Positions 1 through 10,940 of a DNA stretch of 64,000 nt are shown here, in pieces. The stretch is taken from the NCBI GenBank assembly GCA_033763455.1, contig JANRKO010000007.1, forward strand, positions 1 through 64,000. The letters run 5' to 3'. The position numbers and the translations under genes were made by a program. Source of the DNA: Polyangiaceae bacterium. Its GTDB lineage: Bacteria > Myxococcota_A > Polyangia > Polyangiales > Polyangiaceae. Position 1 is the first letter of the stretch, and each line of letters begins with the position of its first letter. The notes below the pieces were generated by a model. That model made no database searches, was not told the origin of the DNA, and saw nothing but the letters and a program-made list of their open reading frames with translations.

Positions 1-1
1 C

Positions 2-825
<824 letters not shown>

Positions 826-952
826 TCTACGCGGGGCCGGGCTCGTGGGGTCTGTGCGGTCAACAGGGGCGTACGAAGGGTCGGCTCGGCACAAGCTGGT
901 GGTGCGTAGTTGTTTCTAGCGGCACGGCTTCGTCTGTGTTACTTTGTGATAC

Positions 953-1174
953 ATGAAGCAGCCGACGTTAACTGTCAGGATCGACCAAAATTTGGCGAAG
1001 GTTCTGGCGCGTGTGAGTAAGGCATCGGGGCGCAGCCGAAGCGAGCTTGTACGCGATGCGCTGAAGCGCGAGCTCGCTCAAGTGCAATTTGGGCGACTGC
1101 GCGAGAAGCTGATGCCGTTTGCTGAGGCGAAGGGCTACCTGACCGATGAGGACGTGTTCCGAAAACTGTCGTGA
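953..1174 (+). CDS. Ribbon-helix-helix (CopG-like) antitoxin
   Basis: TLTVRID...SRSELVRDAL RHH pattern; overlaps PIN gene (GTGA). Confidence 0.85.
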   Translation: MKQPTLTVRIDQNLAKVLARVSKASGRSRSELVRDALKRELAQVQFGRLREKLMPFAEAKGYLTDEDVFRKLS

Positions 1175-1584
1175 AGGTTTTTCTCGATACCAACGTACTC
1201 GCAAGTGCATTTACCACTCGCGGCCTGTGCGCGGACGTGATGCAGGTGGCAATAGCGGAGCACGAGCTCATGGTGGGGGAAGTGGTGCTTGCCGAATTGA
1301 GGAAGGCACTCACGGCTAAGTTTCGGGTGCCACCAGATGTAGCCAAGGAGGCTGAGGAATTCCTTCGGCAATTCACGGTTGTTCCGAGGCCGAAAATGCA
1401 CCTGCACACCGGAATTCGGGATCCGGCGGACGAATGGATCATCGCGTCTGCCGTCGCATGTACGGCCGGCGCCATTGTGACCGGCGACAAGGACATCTTG
1501 GAATGTAAGAAGTGTCCGGTTGATGTCCTGACGCCACGGCAGTTCTGGGAGCGAGTAGCGCGAAGCCGGCTAGCAAAAACGTAG
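1171..1584 (+). CDS. PIN-domain toxin (VapC-like)
   Basis: VFLDTNVL, RDPADEWI and IVTGDKDIL acidic PIN motifs. Confidence 0.92.
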   Translation: MKVFLDTNVLASAFTTRGLCADVMQVAIAEHELMVGEVVLAELRKALTAKFRVPPDVAKEAEEFLRQFTVVPRPKMHLHTGIRDPADEWIIASAVACTAGAIVTGDKDILECKKCPVDVLTPRQFWERVARSRLAKT

Positions 1585-1600
1585 GCCTGTGCAGGCTTTC

Positions 1601-2779
1601 TTATGCGCTTGCTGGTGATGGAACAACGGGTAGCTCCACCACAAAACGTGCGCCTGCCTTAAAGGTGCGGTCGACGCTAATAGAGCCCTGACACGCCTCC
1701 ACAAGCCCTCGGCATACGGCGAGGCCGAGGCCCGTGCCTTTGCCGACTTCTTTGGTGGTGACGAATGGCTCGAAGATCTGTTCTCCGAGCCCCGCATGCA
1801 CCCCGGGGCCAGAATCTTCAACGGCGATGCGAACGTTGCTAGCAACTTGAGTGGCGGTCACGCGTATTTCGCCTGTAGATCCACAAGCATCCGCGGCGTT
1901 GAGCAGCAGGTTGAGCAGCACCTGAACCAATTGTTCGTGCGAACAAGTAACGCGTGGCAGGGCGAAATCGGCGTTGTTTTTGAGGACTATTCCCTTGAAT
2001 GCAGACTGCGGAACAATCAACGCCAAGGTGTCGCGGATGGCTTCAGTAACATCGCCCGGAGTGAGCTTTTCGGCTGAACTTTGAGTAGGGCGGGCGAACT
2101 GTAAAAGGTCACGCAAGATGTGGTGAATGCGCTCTGTTTCCTTTCGCATGCGTTCCACAAAATCGCGCTGCTCTTGGGGCTGCAGGTGGCCGGAAAGGAT
2201 GAGCTCCTGGAGGCCTAAAATTGCGGAGATGGGGTTTCCGATTTCATGTGCGAGCCCAGCGGCAAGCCGCCCCACCGAAGCCAAGCGTTCGGAGCGGATC
2301 AAGCGTTCTTGTGCTTCGCGGAGGTTTTCAGTGGCTCGTTCTACCTCCGCAATCTTCAGCTGAAGAGCTTCCTCGCGTCCCACGAGGTGGTGCGTCATGG
2401 TGCCCAGGCTTCGGTTGAGTTCCAGAAGTTCGGCGGGGCCGTGGGCGGGCGCGGAAAACTGGCGCGCACCTTCGGCGACACGTCGCGCTGCGCGACCGAG
2501 CTCGTCGAGAGGGCGTACGAGAAAATAGGTGAGCGCCACGTAGCTTGCGCCCAGCAACACGAGTGCAAAAAGCCCCATGTAGAGCGCTATGCTGCGAAGC
2601 AGGGGCGCGGCGAATTCCGCTGCGTGTGCGCCGGGGGCTGTTTTCAGAGCCTCCGAACTCGCCAAGCGTTGAAATGCGACTTCGGTATAGGCGCTGATTG
2701 CGAAAAATAACGGAACGAACGCCAAGAGGGTGACTACGCCCAGCAACAACAACACGCCGAGCCGAAGGCCCGTCTTCAC
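1601..2779 (-). CDS. Membrane sensor histidine kinase with HAMP domain
   Basis: Two TM segments; H-box AHEIGNP; N-box NLLLNAADA; DSGPG; FVTTK; GTGLGL. Confidence 0.93.
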   Translation of the reverse strand: MKTGLRLGVLLLLGVVTLLAFVPLFFAISAYTEVAFQRLASSEALKTAPGAHAAEFAAPLLRSIALYMGLFALVLLGASYVALTYFLVRPLDELGRAARRVAEGARQFSAPAHGPAELLELNRSLGTMTHHLVGREEALQLKIAEVERATENLREAQERLIRSERLASVGRLAAGLAHEIGNPISAILGLQELILSGHLQPQEQRDFVERMRKETERIHHILRDLLQFARPTQSSAEKLTPGDVTEAIRDTLALIVPQSAFKGIVLKNNADFALPRVTCSHEQLVQVLLNLLLNAADACGSTGEIRVTATQVASNVRIAVEDSGPGVHAGLGEQIFEPFVTTKEVGKGTGLGLAVCRGLVEACQGSISVDRTFKAGARFVVELPVVPSPASA

Positions 2780-2897
2780 TTATTTTTCCTGGAATCGGCC
2801 AGCTTGTGGACTCCTCTAAATTCGCCAGTTTACGGGGTGAGCTGGCCGCGTCCAGAAAGTGGGCCCAAGAGCGCCGCGACTGCTAGGCCTTGGGGTG

Positions 2898-5030
2898 ATG
2901 GATCCCCTCGTGCGCGGGACGGTACGCGTCCAGGAGCTCTTAGCGAAGGCTTCGGGCACTCTACTGGCGTGCGTATTTGCGGTCGGCCTGGTGGCTTGGA
3001 GCGTGGCGAGCACCCCGAGCTGGGTACTCCCGCTCGGCGCCGCACTTCTCGCCACCTCAACGGTCTTTCACTCGTTCGGCCGTCGGCATCACGTGCGCAT
3101 GGATCCGAGCGCGCGCTTTGACACCGCCCTGTTCTTTCATCTCGCCGTAGGTCTGTACGCACTCGTGCTGGTGCTGCCAGGTGGTTTGTCGGGACCGTAC
3201 CACCCGGTGGTCTATGTGTTAGTGCTTCTTGCGGCCGCGTTTGCGCGGCTCGGGCCCGCTGTCGCGACGGCAGTATTTGTGGTGCTGCTCGAGGGTTGGT
3301 TGCGGTTAGCCAACAACCACAGGCTCACGGATCTGCCAGTTCATGCGGCGCTGGTCGCCCTCTTCACGCTCACCAATGTGGTGGTATTTCGCGGGGAGGT
3401 TACCCGCGTGCGTCAGCTTTCACGACGACGCGTGGAAGCCGAAATTCTTAGGATGAAAGAGGCAGCACGTTCCTTTCGTCTGGTGGGCGCTGCCTCCGTT
3501 GCACCAAGCCCCTCTCCTCAAGCAGCCGTAACTGATGAAGCTCGCCTTTTGCAGTCTGGTGTCGACGAAATCGGCCAGGCGCTAAAGTTCGCGCTCGATC
3601 TGCTAAGGACCTCCCTCAACCTAAAGACGGCAGTGTTGCTGTGGCTGGATGAGTCGGGCAGCGAGCTTGCGCTTCAGGAGGTTTCCACTGTTGAAGATTG
3701 TATTGAGCCAGGCCCCTTCAGCGCCAAAGATGGCTTGTGTGCGGCAGCACTTCTCAAGGGGGAGCCCATTTCGGTGTCTGGCGCACGTGCGGACCATCAC
3801 ACGCCCTATTACGCATCGCCGACGGGGGTAGGTGCGGTGTGCGCTGTGCCCGTGATTGAACAGGGGCATGTGCGGGGGATTTTGATGGTGGATAGGGCCG
3901 AGCGTGCACCCTTTCTACCTGAAGAAGAGCAACAGCTTGTGCTCGCCACGCACTTTATTCTGCGCACTATCCAGAATGAGCGTGTGTATGTTCACTTGGA
4001 GCGCACCAAGAGTGAACAAGGGAAATTGTATCGTGCGGCCGGCAAGCTGGCCGCGGCTCGCACCGAAGCGCAGGTGATTGAGGCAGGGGTTGCAAGTGCG
4101 CGCGAGGTAGCTTCGTTCGACTTCGCAGTCGTTACGCTGTTCCACCGGGATACCGCCGAACATGAGATTTGCGCGGTAAGCAGCAAGGATTCCGAAGCGT
4201 TGGTGGGCAAACGCTTTCGGCACAACTCGGGGCTCGTTTCTATGGTGGTGGCCAACTGCCATGCGTTGCCGCTCCGCGGGCAATACGATGAAGCTCGCCA
4301 GGTTGTTTTTACTAGAAATCTGAGGCCGCCTCCGTTGCCTTCTCTTCTAGTGCTCCCGCTTCTGGTCCATGGTAGGCCCCTTGGTACGTTGGTGCTCGGG
4401 GCCGAACGGCCTCACGCTTTTGGGGATTCGGCGCGCCCAACACTGGAGGTGCTAGCCAGCCACGTTGCTGTTTCTCTTGAAAATGCCCGGCTGCTGAAGC
4501 GGCTAGAAGAAATGGCCACCACAGACGGCATGACGGGCCTTTTCAACAAGCGAGCTCTCACCGGCATTGCGGAGCAAAAGCTGCGCAGCGCCGAACGTTT
4601 CAACAAGCCTCTAAGCCTCTTGATCTGCGACATAGATCACTTCAAGAAAGTGAACGACAATTTCGGTCACGACGTTGGCGACGTTGTTATTGCGGGTTTT
4701 GGCGAGGTATTGAAACACGCCAAGCGGGATATTGACGTGGTTGGGCGTTTTGGGGGCGAAGAATTCGTGGTCGTATGCGAGGAGACAGATCAGGCGGGAG
4801 CCGCCTTGTTGGCAGAACGCATTCGGCAAGAGCTTGAAGCCAAAGTGTTCCACACTGAGGGTGGCCCACTTCAGGTTACATGTTCCGTTGGAGTCGCTAC
4901 TTTCCCGCATGCTGGCCGCACGTGGGAGGCTCTGTTTAAATCTACGGATGAAGCGCTCTATAGCTCCAAGCGCAACGGTCGAAATCGCGTAACGATTTGG
5001 AATCCGAAGCTTCAAGGGTGCGCGGCGTAA
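2898..5030 (+). CDS. Membrane-bound diguanylate cyclase, TM-GAF-GAF-GGDEF (DmxA-like architecture)
   Basis: Multiple N-terminal TMs; two GAF-like regions; DIDHFKKVND; RDID I-site; GGEEF. Start could be 2859. Confidence 0.9.
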   Translation: MDPLVRGTVRVQELLAKASGTLLACVFAVGLVAWSVASTPSWVLPLGAALLATSTVFHSFGRRHHVRMDPSARFDTALFFHLAVGLYALVLVLPGGLSGPYHPVVYVLVLLAAAFARLGPAVATAVFVVLLEGWLRLANNHRLTDLPVHAALVALFTLTNVVVFRGEVTRVRQLSRRRVEAEILRMKEAARSFRLVGAASVAPSPSPQAAVTDEARLLQSGVDEIGQALKFALDLLRTSLNLKTAVLLWLDESGSELALQEVSTVEDCIEPGPFSAKDGLCAAALLKGEPISVSGARADHHTPYYASPTGVGAVCAVPVIEQGHVRGILMVDRAERAPFLPEEEQQLVLATHFILRTIQNERVYVHLERTKSEQGKLYRAAGKLAAARTEAQVIEAGVASAREVASFDFAVVTLFHRDTAEHEICAVSSKDSEALVGKRFRHNSGLVSMVVANCHALPLRGQYDEARQVVFTRNLRPPPLPSLLVLPLLVHGRPLGTLVLGAERPHAFGDSARPTLEVLASHVAVSLENARLLKRLEEMATTDGMTGLFNKRALTGIAEQKLRSAERFNKPLSLLICDIDHFKKVNDNFGHDVGDVVIAGFGEVLKHAKRDIDVVGRFGGEEFVVVCEETDQAGAALLAERIRQELEAKVFHTEGGPLQVTCSVGVATFPHAGRTWEALFKSTDEALYSSKRNGRNRVTIWNPKLQGCAA

Positions 5031-5272
5031 TTTTCGCGCCAGATGATTCTCTCTGTCCTAACGAAAAATCTCGAGGGCGCTTGATACCTGCGGGGGTGGG
5101 GGGTGCTCAGCGCGGTCAAGTGGGTGCGCTAGATATCCGCGGGGTGGGGGTGTTTGCTCACGGAGAAGAACTTGTCATGCTAAGTACTCTAGTTGCGAAG
5201 GAGAGCAGGCTAGTTCGCGGCAAGAAGACGTCGAGAAAGCGCGGAGCACGGTGCCCACCATCCAGGTGGCTC

Positions 5273-5962
5273 CTACACCTTGAAAAATTCCATTTTCGCC
5301 GCGTCGGCGGCCGCACCGTCGGCATCTGTTCGATCGCCGATAATCAAGCATTGCTCGGGGGGCACGCCGAGCTTATTGGCTGCCAGCAGATAGCCGTCTG
5401 GCTTGGGCTTGAGTTGGGGTGGGCCACCGGGCTCACCATTGGCTACGACGACATCAAACAGGTGTGCGCAGCCGAGTGCCTGCAGCTTCCGTTGGGCTGG
5501 ATAGTCGCTCACCAGCGCCAAGCGTCCACCGCGGGCTTTGTAGCTCTCCAAACGCGCGATAAGGTCGCTTCGACGAAACAAGGGCAGCCATTTGAGCGGA
5601 CGCTCAATCATCCAACGCGTAGTGACTGCTTGAACCCTTGAGAGAGGCTGGCCGCTCGCCGCTGCGGTGCGCTCGATTTGAATCGCGTAGGGAGAGTTTG
5701 GCGTGAAGCTGGAGCCGATGGTGGGCATGCGAATACCCTGGGCGGTGTCTGGCGTTGTGGCTGATATCGGAGGCAGAGTGCGCAGCCGTTCATGCTCGTG
5801 GCGAAAGGTGCGCAGGAGGGGCACGTGCCACACGCCGCAACTCACGAGCTCGGCCATCATGGCGCACTTTAACCCGCGAGCGTGGTACAGCGTGCCGTCG
5901 AGATCGACAAGCCAAGCTGCGTAGCGGGAAGGGTCCTCATAAGCTGCAAGATCGCTCGCCAT
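5273..5962 (-). CDS. HAD-superfamily hydrolase
   Basis: DLDGTL motif I; LVSD; KPKP; IGDRTDAD motif IV. Confidence 0.9.
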   Translation of the reverse strand: MASDLAAYEDPSRYAAWLVDLDGTLYHARGLKCAMMAELVSCGVWHVPLLRTFRHEHERLRTLPPISATTPDTAQGIRMPTIGSSFTPNSPYAIQIERTAAASGQPLSRVQAVTTRWMIERPLKWLPLFRRSDLIARLESYKARGGRLALVSDYPAQRKLQALGCAHLFDVVVANGEPGGPPQLKPKPDGYLLAANKLGVPPEQCLIIGDRTDADGAAADAAKMEFFKV

Positions 5963-6014
5963 TCCCGCGCCTATAGCACGGCCAACCGTGCTTCTGTCGT
6001 GAGTTCCGTCGGCC

Positions 6015-7175
6015 CTACTGCCTTCGGATCACGAACTCGTCCACGATGCGATCGTCGACGTTCTTGAAATATGCCTTGGCCTTCTTTGGGTCCCCGTCCA
6101 CGTGAAAACGCACAAAGAGTGCCCCATAAGTGGCGACACCCTCCTTGAGGACGCCGTCCTTCATCCAGCGGTTGGCGGCGTAATAAGACGCCCACCAAGT
6201 GTCGTCATCGTGAAGCTCGGCGATGTAGTTACGGATCCCAACCCCGGCCAAGCCCGAGACAAATACGAAAGTCTTTCCAGAAGCGATCTCCATTGTTCCG
6301 AAGGCTCCCGTTTTTCCGTGGCCGCTCGTAACGTCGCCCATGTTCGTGAGCGTCAACGTGCGGGAGTAAGAGTGCTCGTGTCCCGTGGAGATCATCGCAC
6401 CTGCCTTCATGCATTCACGGTAGGCACCCCAACCCACTTCGTCGGTCTTTCCGCCAACCTGCATATCATTTTGATTCTTATGCCAATTGCAGATCGACCA
6501 CACCGACGTATCTTCCGCGAGTGAATCACGGATAAAGTTCACTTGTTCCGTCGCATCTTTACCGCACGAGGCACGGAGCTCATTCGTGCCTACGCAAGAC
6601 TGCACCATGTGCAGATCGCGGAAGTAACAATTCGCCTTTACCCCGAGCTCACCCGTACATTGCATTTCGGGAACGCGCGCGTGCCGGGCTGCAATGTAGC
6701 TCGCGTAGCCGTTCGGACCATTCCATGCCTTCGCATCGTGGTTGCCTACGATCGCAAAGTACGGATAGTTGGGCCCAAGGATCCCGCTGATGCGGCTATC
6801 CCAAACGGTGGGGTTGTCTTCGTAGTCAAAGTCCCCATTGTGGACAACCGCAGCGGCACCTTCGCGCTTTATCAACTGCAACACGGCATCCGAGTTGCCA
6901 TTGGCCCCCTGGTCGCCAATGAAAGCTATCAGCAGGTTGGGAACTGTGGATGCCCCCGTCTTGCGGAGAGCAGCGCTTTTCTCGGCCGCCTTGGGTTGCA
7001 CCGAGGATGAGAGAGGGCTTGCTTGTTGCGCTGCGTTCGTTTGACCGTCGTCGGCCTTCGTACGGGAGCAGCTCAGCTGCAGCAGTAGGACCCCTCCGGT
7101 TAAAAACATGGCCGTGCAGGTTCGATAGCTCGGCGGTTTTGCGTGGCCTTCACTGTTCATTAGCTGTTCCCTCAT
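6015..7175 (-). CDS. Secreted or lipoprotein metallophosphoesterase (purple acid phosphatase-like)
   Basis: GDQG, GDFDY, GNHD, NWH and GHEH motifs; lipobox-like QLSC. Confidence 0.85.
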   Translation of the reverse strand: MREQLMNSEGHAKPPSYRTCTAMFLTGGVLLLQLSCSRTKADDGQTNAAQQASPLSSSVQPKAAEKSAALRKTGASTVPNLLIAFIGDQGANGNSDAVLQLIKREGAAAVVHNGDFDYEDNPTVWDSRISGILGPNYPYFAIVGNHDAKAWNGPNGYASYIAARHARVPEMQCTGELGVKANCYFRDLHMVQSCVGTNELRASCGKDATEQVNFIRDSLAEDTSVWSICNWHKNQNDMQVGGKTDEVGWGAYRECMKAGAMISTGHEHSYSRTLTLTNMGDVTSGHGKTGAFGTMEIASGKTFVFVSGLAGVGIRNYIAELHDDDTWWASYYAANRWMKDGVLKEGVATYGALFVRFHVDGDPKKAKAYFKNVDDRIVDEFVIRRQ

Positions 7176-7301
7176 GGTTTGTTGGCCGAGTGCTCTCTGA
7201 GCATAGGATCCTCCGTGCGGCGGAGCTAGGGCCTTTGCCTACGCAAGGGCACGAGCTCAATATTCGATGGCGGACGGTGCACGTTCATCCGGAAAAGCAG
7301 G

Positions 7302-8885
7302 CTATTTTACTCCCTTAGGGGGGGGCGTAGATGCTTTCAAGCGAGAGCTCAGTGGTTGCGTTTCCTCCAAGCGCCCGAGCTTAAGCAGCGCTCTTAATTG
7401 GAGCATCAAGGCTTCAGGAAGAGCGTCGTCTCTCTGGACCTCTTGTGCCAGGATCTGGACCGTGCCAGCTGCGTCTCCAGAGAGCAATAGCGCGGTCGCG
7501 AGGTTGTGAAGCAAACGTCGCTTTTCGTTTTCGTCGCTCACTCGGGCAAGGGCCGAGCGAAATTCCTCTTGGGCTTCAGCAGGGCGGCGTTGCTCTAGCC
7601 GCACGACGCCGAGGTTGGCGTGAGCAGCCTTGAGATCCACGAATGACAACACGTGGGGGGTGGTACGTATGGCCGCCTCGAAGTGCGTGGCTGCTGCGTC
7701 CCAGTTCCGTCGCGTGCGTTCGGCTTCGCCCAAATAGAAGGCTCCTTCGCGACACCTGGGATCGATGCGCACTTCACGCCCCCAGAGGGTAGCGTCAGAG
7801 CGAAAACGAAGATTCTCTTGGAGCGTTTGTGCAGCGAAGAGCGCGGTGCCAAGAAGTGCCCAAACAACTGGGCGCCGGAGCGAGTTGAGCACTAGCTCGC
7901 CCACGAGCATCGCGAGAAACGCGAGCGGGATGTACAGGTAGTGGGGTGACCACCAGCGCATGACGGGAACTATCTGCAGTGATGGAAGCAGTGCCAGCGC
8001 GAGAAGCCCACCGACAAGCGGCTTCTGCCTTACGAGGTAAACAACTCCTAGAGCCACCACGGCGCCGGCCAGCGCGGTGACTTGCGTGACGGATGCTACC
8101 TCAAAGGCGTCACACACGGTGCGATCTTGAAATCCCATTGGCAAAAGAGTGGCTGCGCTCTTGAAAAGCGAAGCCGTGCGAGTGCCGAAGGCTTCGCTCA
8201 GCGAAAGGTCAGGAGCTCGGGCGCGCCAGTCAGGTGCGTATAGGTGCCGCAGTAGAAGTACGATGGTGACCCCCATCACTTCGGCGAAAAGCGTACGCTG
8301 ACCCATTCGTGGAGAGAGGGTCTGGCTCTTTTTTATCAGCTCCAGCAAAAGAACCACGAGAGGCGCGAGTGCCACCACAGTCTCCTTGCAGAGCCCGCCA
8401 GCAACAATTGCCAACATCGCCAGAAGTGGCTTCCGTTTTACGTGAAACGTGACGAGAGAAAGGAGCGCTACGAGCGCCATTGCCTCCGATCGAAACGCAA
8501 TAGCAGAGGCTACTAGCGAGGTAACGGGATGAACGGCAAAGAGGAGTCCGGCGATCAGCGCGGCCTTTCGCGAAAGCCCAAGGGCTTCGGCTGCAATGGT
8601 TACCATGAGCGCCGCCAAAGCGTGCCAACCGAGCGTTGTTGCGTGGTACAAGAATGCAGTTCCCCCGAGCGCCGCGTCGATCGAAAGCGATAGCGACATC
8701 AGGGGTCGATAGAAACCTGTGCCTGCAAATCCCTCCTGGAACAGACCCACCCAATTCTCGGGCTCAGCTAAGGCAGCGCGTTGTTCTAGGTGTGCGTGGT
8801 CTAGCCACACAAAGCCTCCCCCAAGGGCTGTGGCATGTGCCGCCACGGCCGCCAACAACACCGCGAGCCGACTCACTCTCTGCAT
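7302..8885 (-). CDS. TMTC-like (GT-C) polytopic membrane glycosyltransferase with C-terminal TPRs
   Basis: FVWLDH, FYRPL, LFAVHP, KE and YLYIP motifs; many TMs; TPR-like AHANLG and LLHNLA. Confidence 0.75.
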   Translation of the reverse strand: MQRVSRLAVLLAAVAAHATALGGGFVWLDHAHLEQRAALAEPENWVGLFQEGFAGTGFYRPLMSLSLSIDAALGGTAFLYHATTLGWHALAALMVTIAAEALGLSRKAALIAGLLFAVHPVTSLVASAIAFRSEAMALVALLSLVTFHVKRKPLLAMLAIVAGGLCKETVVALAPLVVLLLELIKKSQTLSPRMGQRTLFAEVMGVTIVLLLRHLYAPDWRARAPDLSLSEAFGTRTASLFKSAATLLPMGFQDRTVCDAFEVASVTQVTALAGAVVALGVVYLVRQKPLVGGLLALALLPSLQIVPVMRWWSPHYLYIPLAFLAMLVGELVLNSLRRPVVWALLGTALFAAQTLQENLRFRSDATLWGREVRIDPRCREGAFYLGEAERTRRNWDAAATHFEAAIRTTPHVLSFVDLKAAHANLGVVRLEQRRPAEAQEEFRSALARVSDENEKRRLLHNLATALLLSGDAAGTVQILAQEVQRDDALPEALMLQLRALLKLGRLEETQPLSSRLKASTPPPKGVK

Positions 8886-8940
8886 GCGCTGCTTCAGACA
8901 GCGGGCGACGGCATTGTGCGCCGCCCGCGGCCCTTTCGCA

Positions 8941-10719
8941 CTACTGGCGACGAATCACGAATTGATCGGCGATGCGATCATTGATGTCTTTAAAATAGCC
9001 GGTGGCCTTATTCGGATCTCCGTCAACGTGGAAGCGCACGAATAAAGCGCCGTAGGTTCCAGTGCCCGTCTGCAGGGCACCATCTCTTACCCAGCGGTTG
9101 GCAGCGTAATAGGATGCCCACCAGGTATCGTCGTCGTGGCTTGAGGCAATGTAGTCGCGAATGCCAACCCCGGCCAAACCCGAGACAACGACAAAGTTCC
9201 TCCCGGAACCAAGCTCCATCGTGCCAAAAAGGCCAGTTTTGCCGTGACCGCTAGCGACATTGCCCACATTGGTCAACGTCAAGGTGCGTGCGTATGAATG
9301 CTCGTGCCCTGTGGAAACCATTGCGCCCGCATTCATGCATTCACGGTACGGGTTCCAACCGACCTCATCGCCTTTGCCCCCAACCTGCATGTCCGCCTGA
9401 TTCTTGTGCCAGTTGCACATCGACCAGACGGAGTTGTCTTGGGCCAAGGAGTCGCGAATGAAGTTCACCTGATCGGCTGCGTCTTTGCCACACGTGGAAC
9501 GAAGCTCACTCGTGCCCACGCACGATTGCACCATGTGGAGGCCTCGGAAGTAGCAGTTGGCTTTCACGCCTAGCTCACCGGTGCACTGCATTTCCGGTAC
9601 GCGAGCGTGCCTGGCCGCAATGAAGCTTGCGTAGCCGGTTGTACCATTCCAAGCCGGTGCATCATGATTGCCAACGATGGCGAAGTACGGGTAGTTGGGG
9701 CCAAGGATCCCGTTGATACGGCTATCCCAAGCGGAAGGGTTGCTGGCGTAATCAAAGTCGCCGTTGTGAATGACCGCTGCGGCCCCCTCACGCTGGATCA
9801 GGCGCAGCACGGCATCCGAGTTGCCGTTGGCTCCCTGATCGCCAATAAAAGCTATCAGCAAGTTCGGCACCGTGCTGGAGCCGGTGCTGGTTCCCCCAGT
9901 TACGCCAGAGCCGCCAGTTGCGCCAGAGCCGCCAGTTGCGCCGGAGCCTCCAGTCCCACCGCCACTGGGCGGCAGGTACGTGATCGAAAGCTTGGGCCTA
10001 TAGGAGGTGGTCGCGTTTTCAGAAGACGCAACATCGAGGCCGTTGGTGTTGCTTGAGTTGGCGATAATGAAGCCATTGTTGGGCGCTCCATCAATCCAAG
10101 CCTGCACCATCGCGACACCCGCGGTGTTCAAGGTAACGGTGCGCGCGCCCCTCGACCCAGTGATGCTGCCGATCACGCTGCCTCGGTCGGTGGCGCCGAG
10201 CGCACCCGGGCTGCTCCAATTCACGCTGGACGTCGCCCGCTGCCAGGTTGCCTGCGACTCTGAGAAGCTGCGCCTGAGTTCGTAGAGGCTATACGTGTTG
10301 CTGGTTGCGTCGGTGATTCGGAAGGTGACGCTGACCGACTGCACGGTGCTGCCCGCGGGAATTCCGCTCAAGTTCCACTTGAGGAGGCACGAAAGGTCGA
10401 CGCCTGCACCGTCGTCCCCGTCTATCAGGCAGGTGGTGGAGGTTCCGTAGTTGGTCGTTGGGCTGCCTTGGGCGATGGTGGTGTCATCCGCTCCCGCGTA
10501 GCTGCTGCTCGGGAGAACGCCCTGCTGAAACTCGACGGTAACGGGAGAAATCAGCGCACTTGAGAGTGAGCTGGCCCCATTCTCCTCATATGTACCTGCG
10601 CAGGCTGCTCCCAACTGCGCTAGCAGGAGGGCTGAAGCCGGAAGGGCGACCTTGTTGCGACGAAACCATGACGTTTTGGGGAGCGCCGTGCCTTCGGCTC
10701 CAATCGAATATTCTCGCAT
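8941..10719 (-). CDS. Secreted protein: DNRLRE/CBM96-like domain, Gly-rich linker and metallophosphoesterase (paralog of 6015..7175)
   Basis: ADDTTI...PTTNYG...LLKWNLSGIP...TW...RPKLSITY; the same five phosphoesterase motifs; AAGGAG Shine-Dalgarno upstream of ATG 10719. Confidence 0.82.
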   Translation of the reverse strand: MREYSIGAEGTALPKTSWFRRNKVALPASALLLAQLGAACAGTYEENGASSLSSALISPVTVEFQQGVLPSSSYAGADDTTIAQGSPTTNYGTSTTCLIDGDDGAGVDLSCLLKWNLSGIPAGSTVQSVSVTFRITDATSNTYSLYELRRSFSESQATWQRATSSVNWSSPGALGATDRGSVIGSITGSRGARTVTLNTAGVAMVQAWIDGAPNNGFIIANSSNTNGLDVASSENATTSYRPKLSITYLPPSGGGTGGSGATGGSGATGGSGVTGGTSTGSSTVPNLLIAFIGDQGANGNSDAVLRLIQREGAAAVIHNGDFDYASNPSAWDSRINGILGPNYPYFAIVGNHDAPAWNGTTGYASFIAARHARVPEMQCTGELGVKANCYFRGLHMVQSCVGTSELRSTCGKDAADQVNFIRDSLAQDNSVWSMCNWHKNQADMQVGGKGDEVGWNPYRECMNAGAMVSTGHEHSYARTLTLTNVGNVASGHGKTGLFGTMELGSGRNFVVVSGLAGVGIRDYIASSHDDDTWWASYYAANRWVRDGALQTGTGTYGALFVRFHVDGDPNKATGYFKDINDRIADQFVIRRQ

Positions 10720-10940
10720 AGTGATTAACTCCTTCGAATGACTTCGGTGACAAACGATCCACCCGCACGCATACCTGATCGCAGCCACCGGCCATGCGAA
10801 GACTTGGTGACATGTTGGTTGCTGTACTACGACGCAGCTTGTAGGCAGCACGCACTTGGGCGGCCGTTCCGCCGACCCCGAGAACGGAACCGCGTAAGCG
10901 CTTGGTCCAGTCAATCAACTCTCGAATGATTAGGCGTTAA

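Noticed and set aside
4997..5641. 214-aa plus-strand ORF and other long antisense ORFs
   Set aside because: Overlap well-supported opposite-strand genes; expected in GC-rich DNA
6015..9880. Diversity-generating retroelement TR/VR pair
   Set aside because: Both copies are full coding paralogous domains, differences are not adenine-specific by eye, and no reverse transcriptase is present
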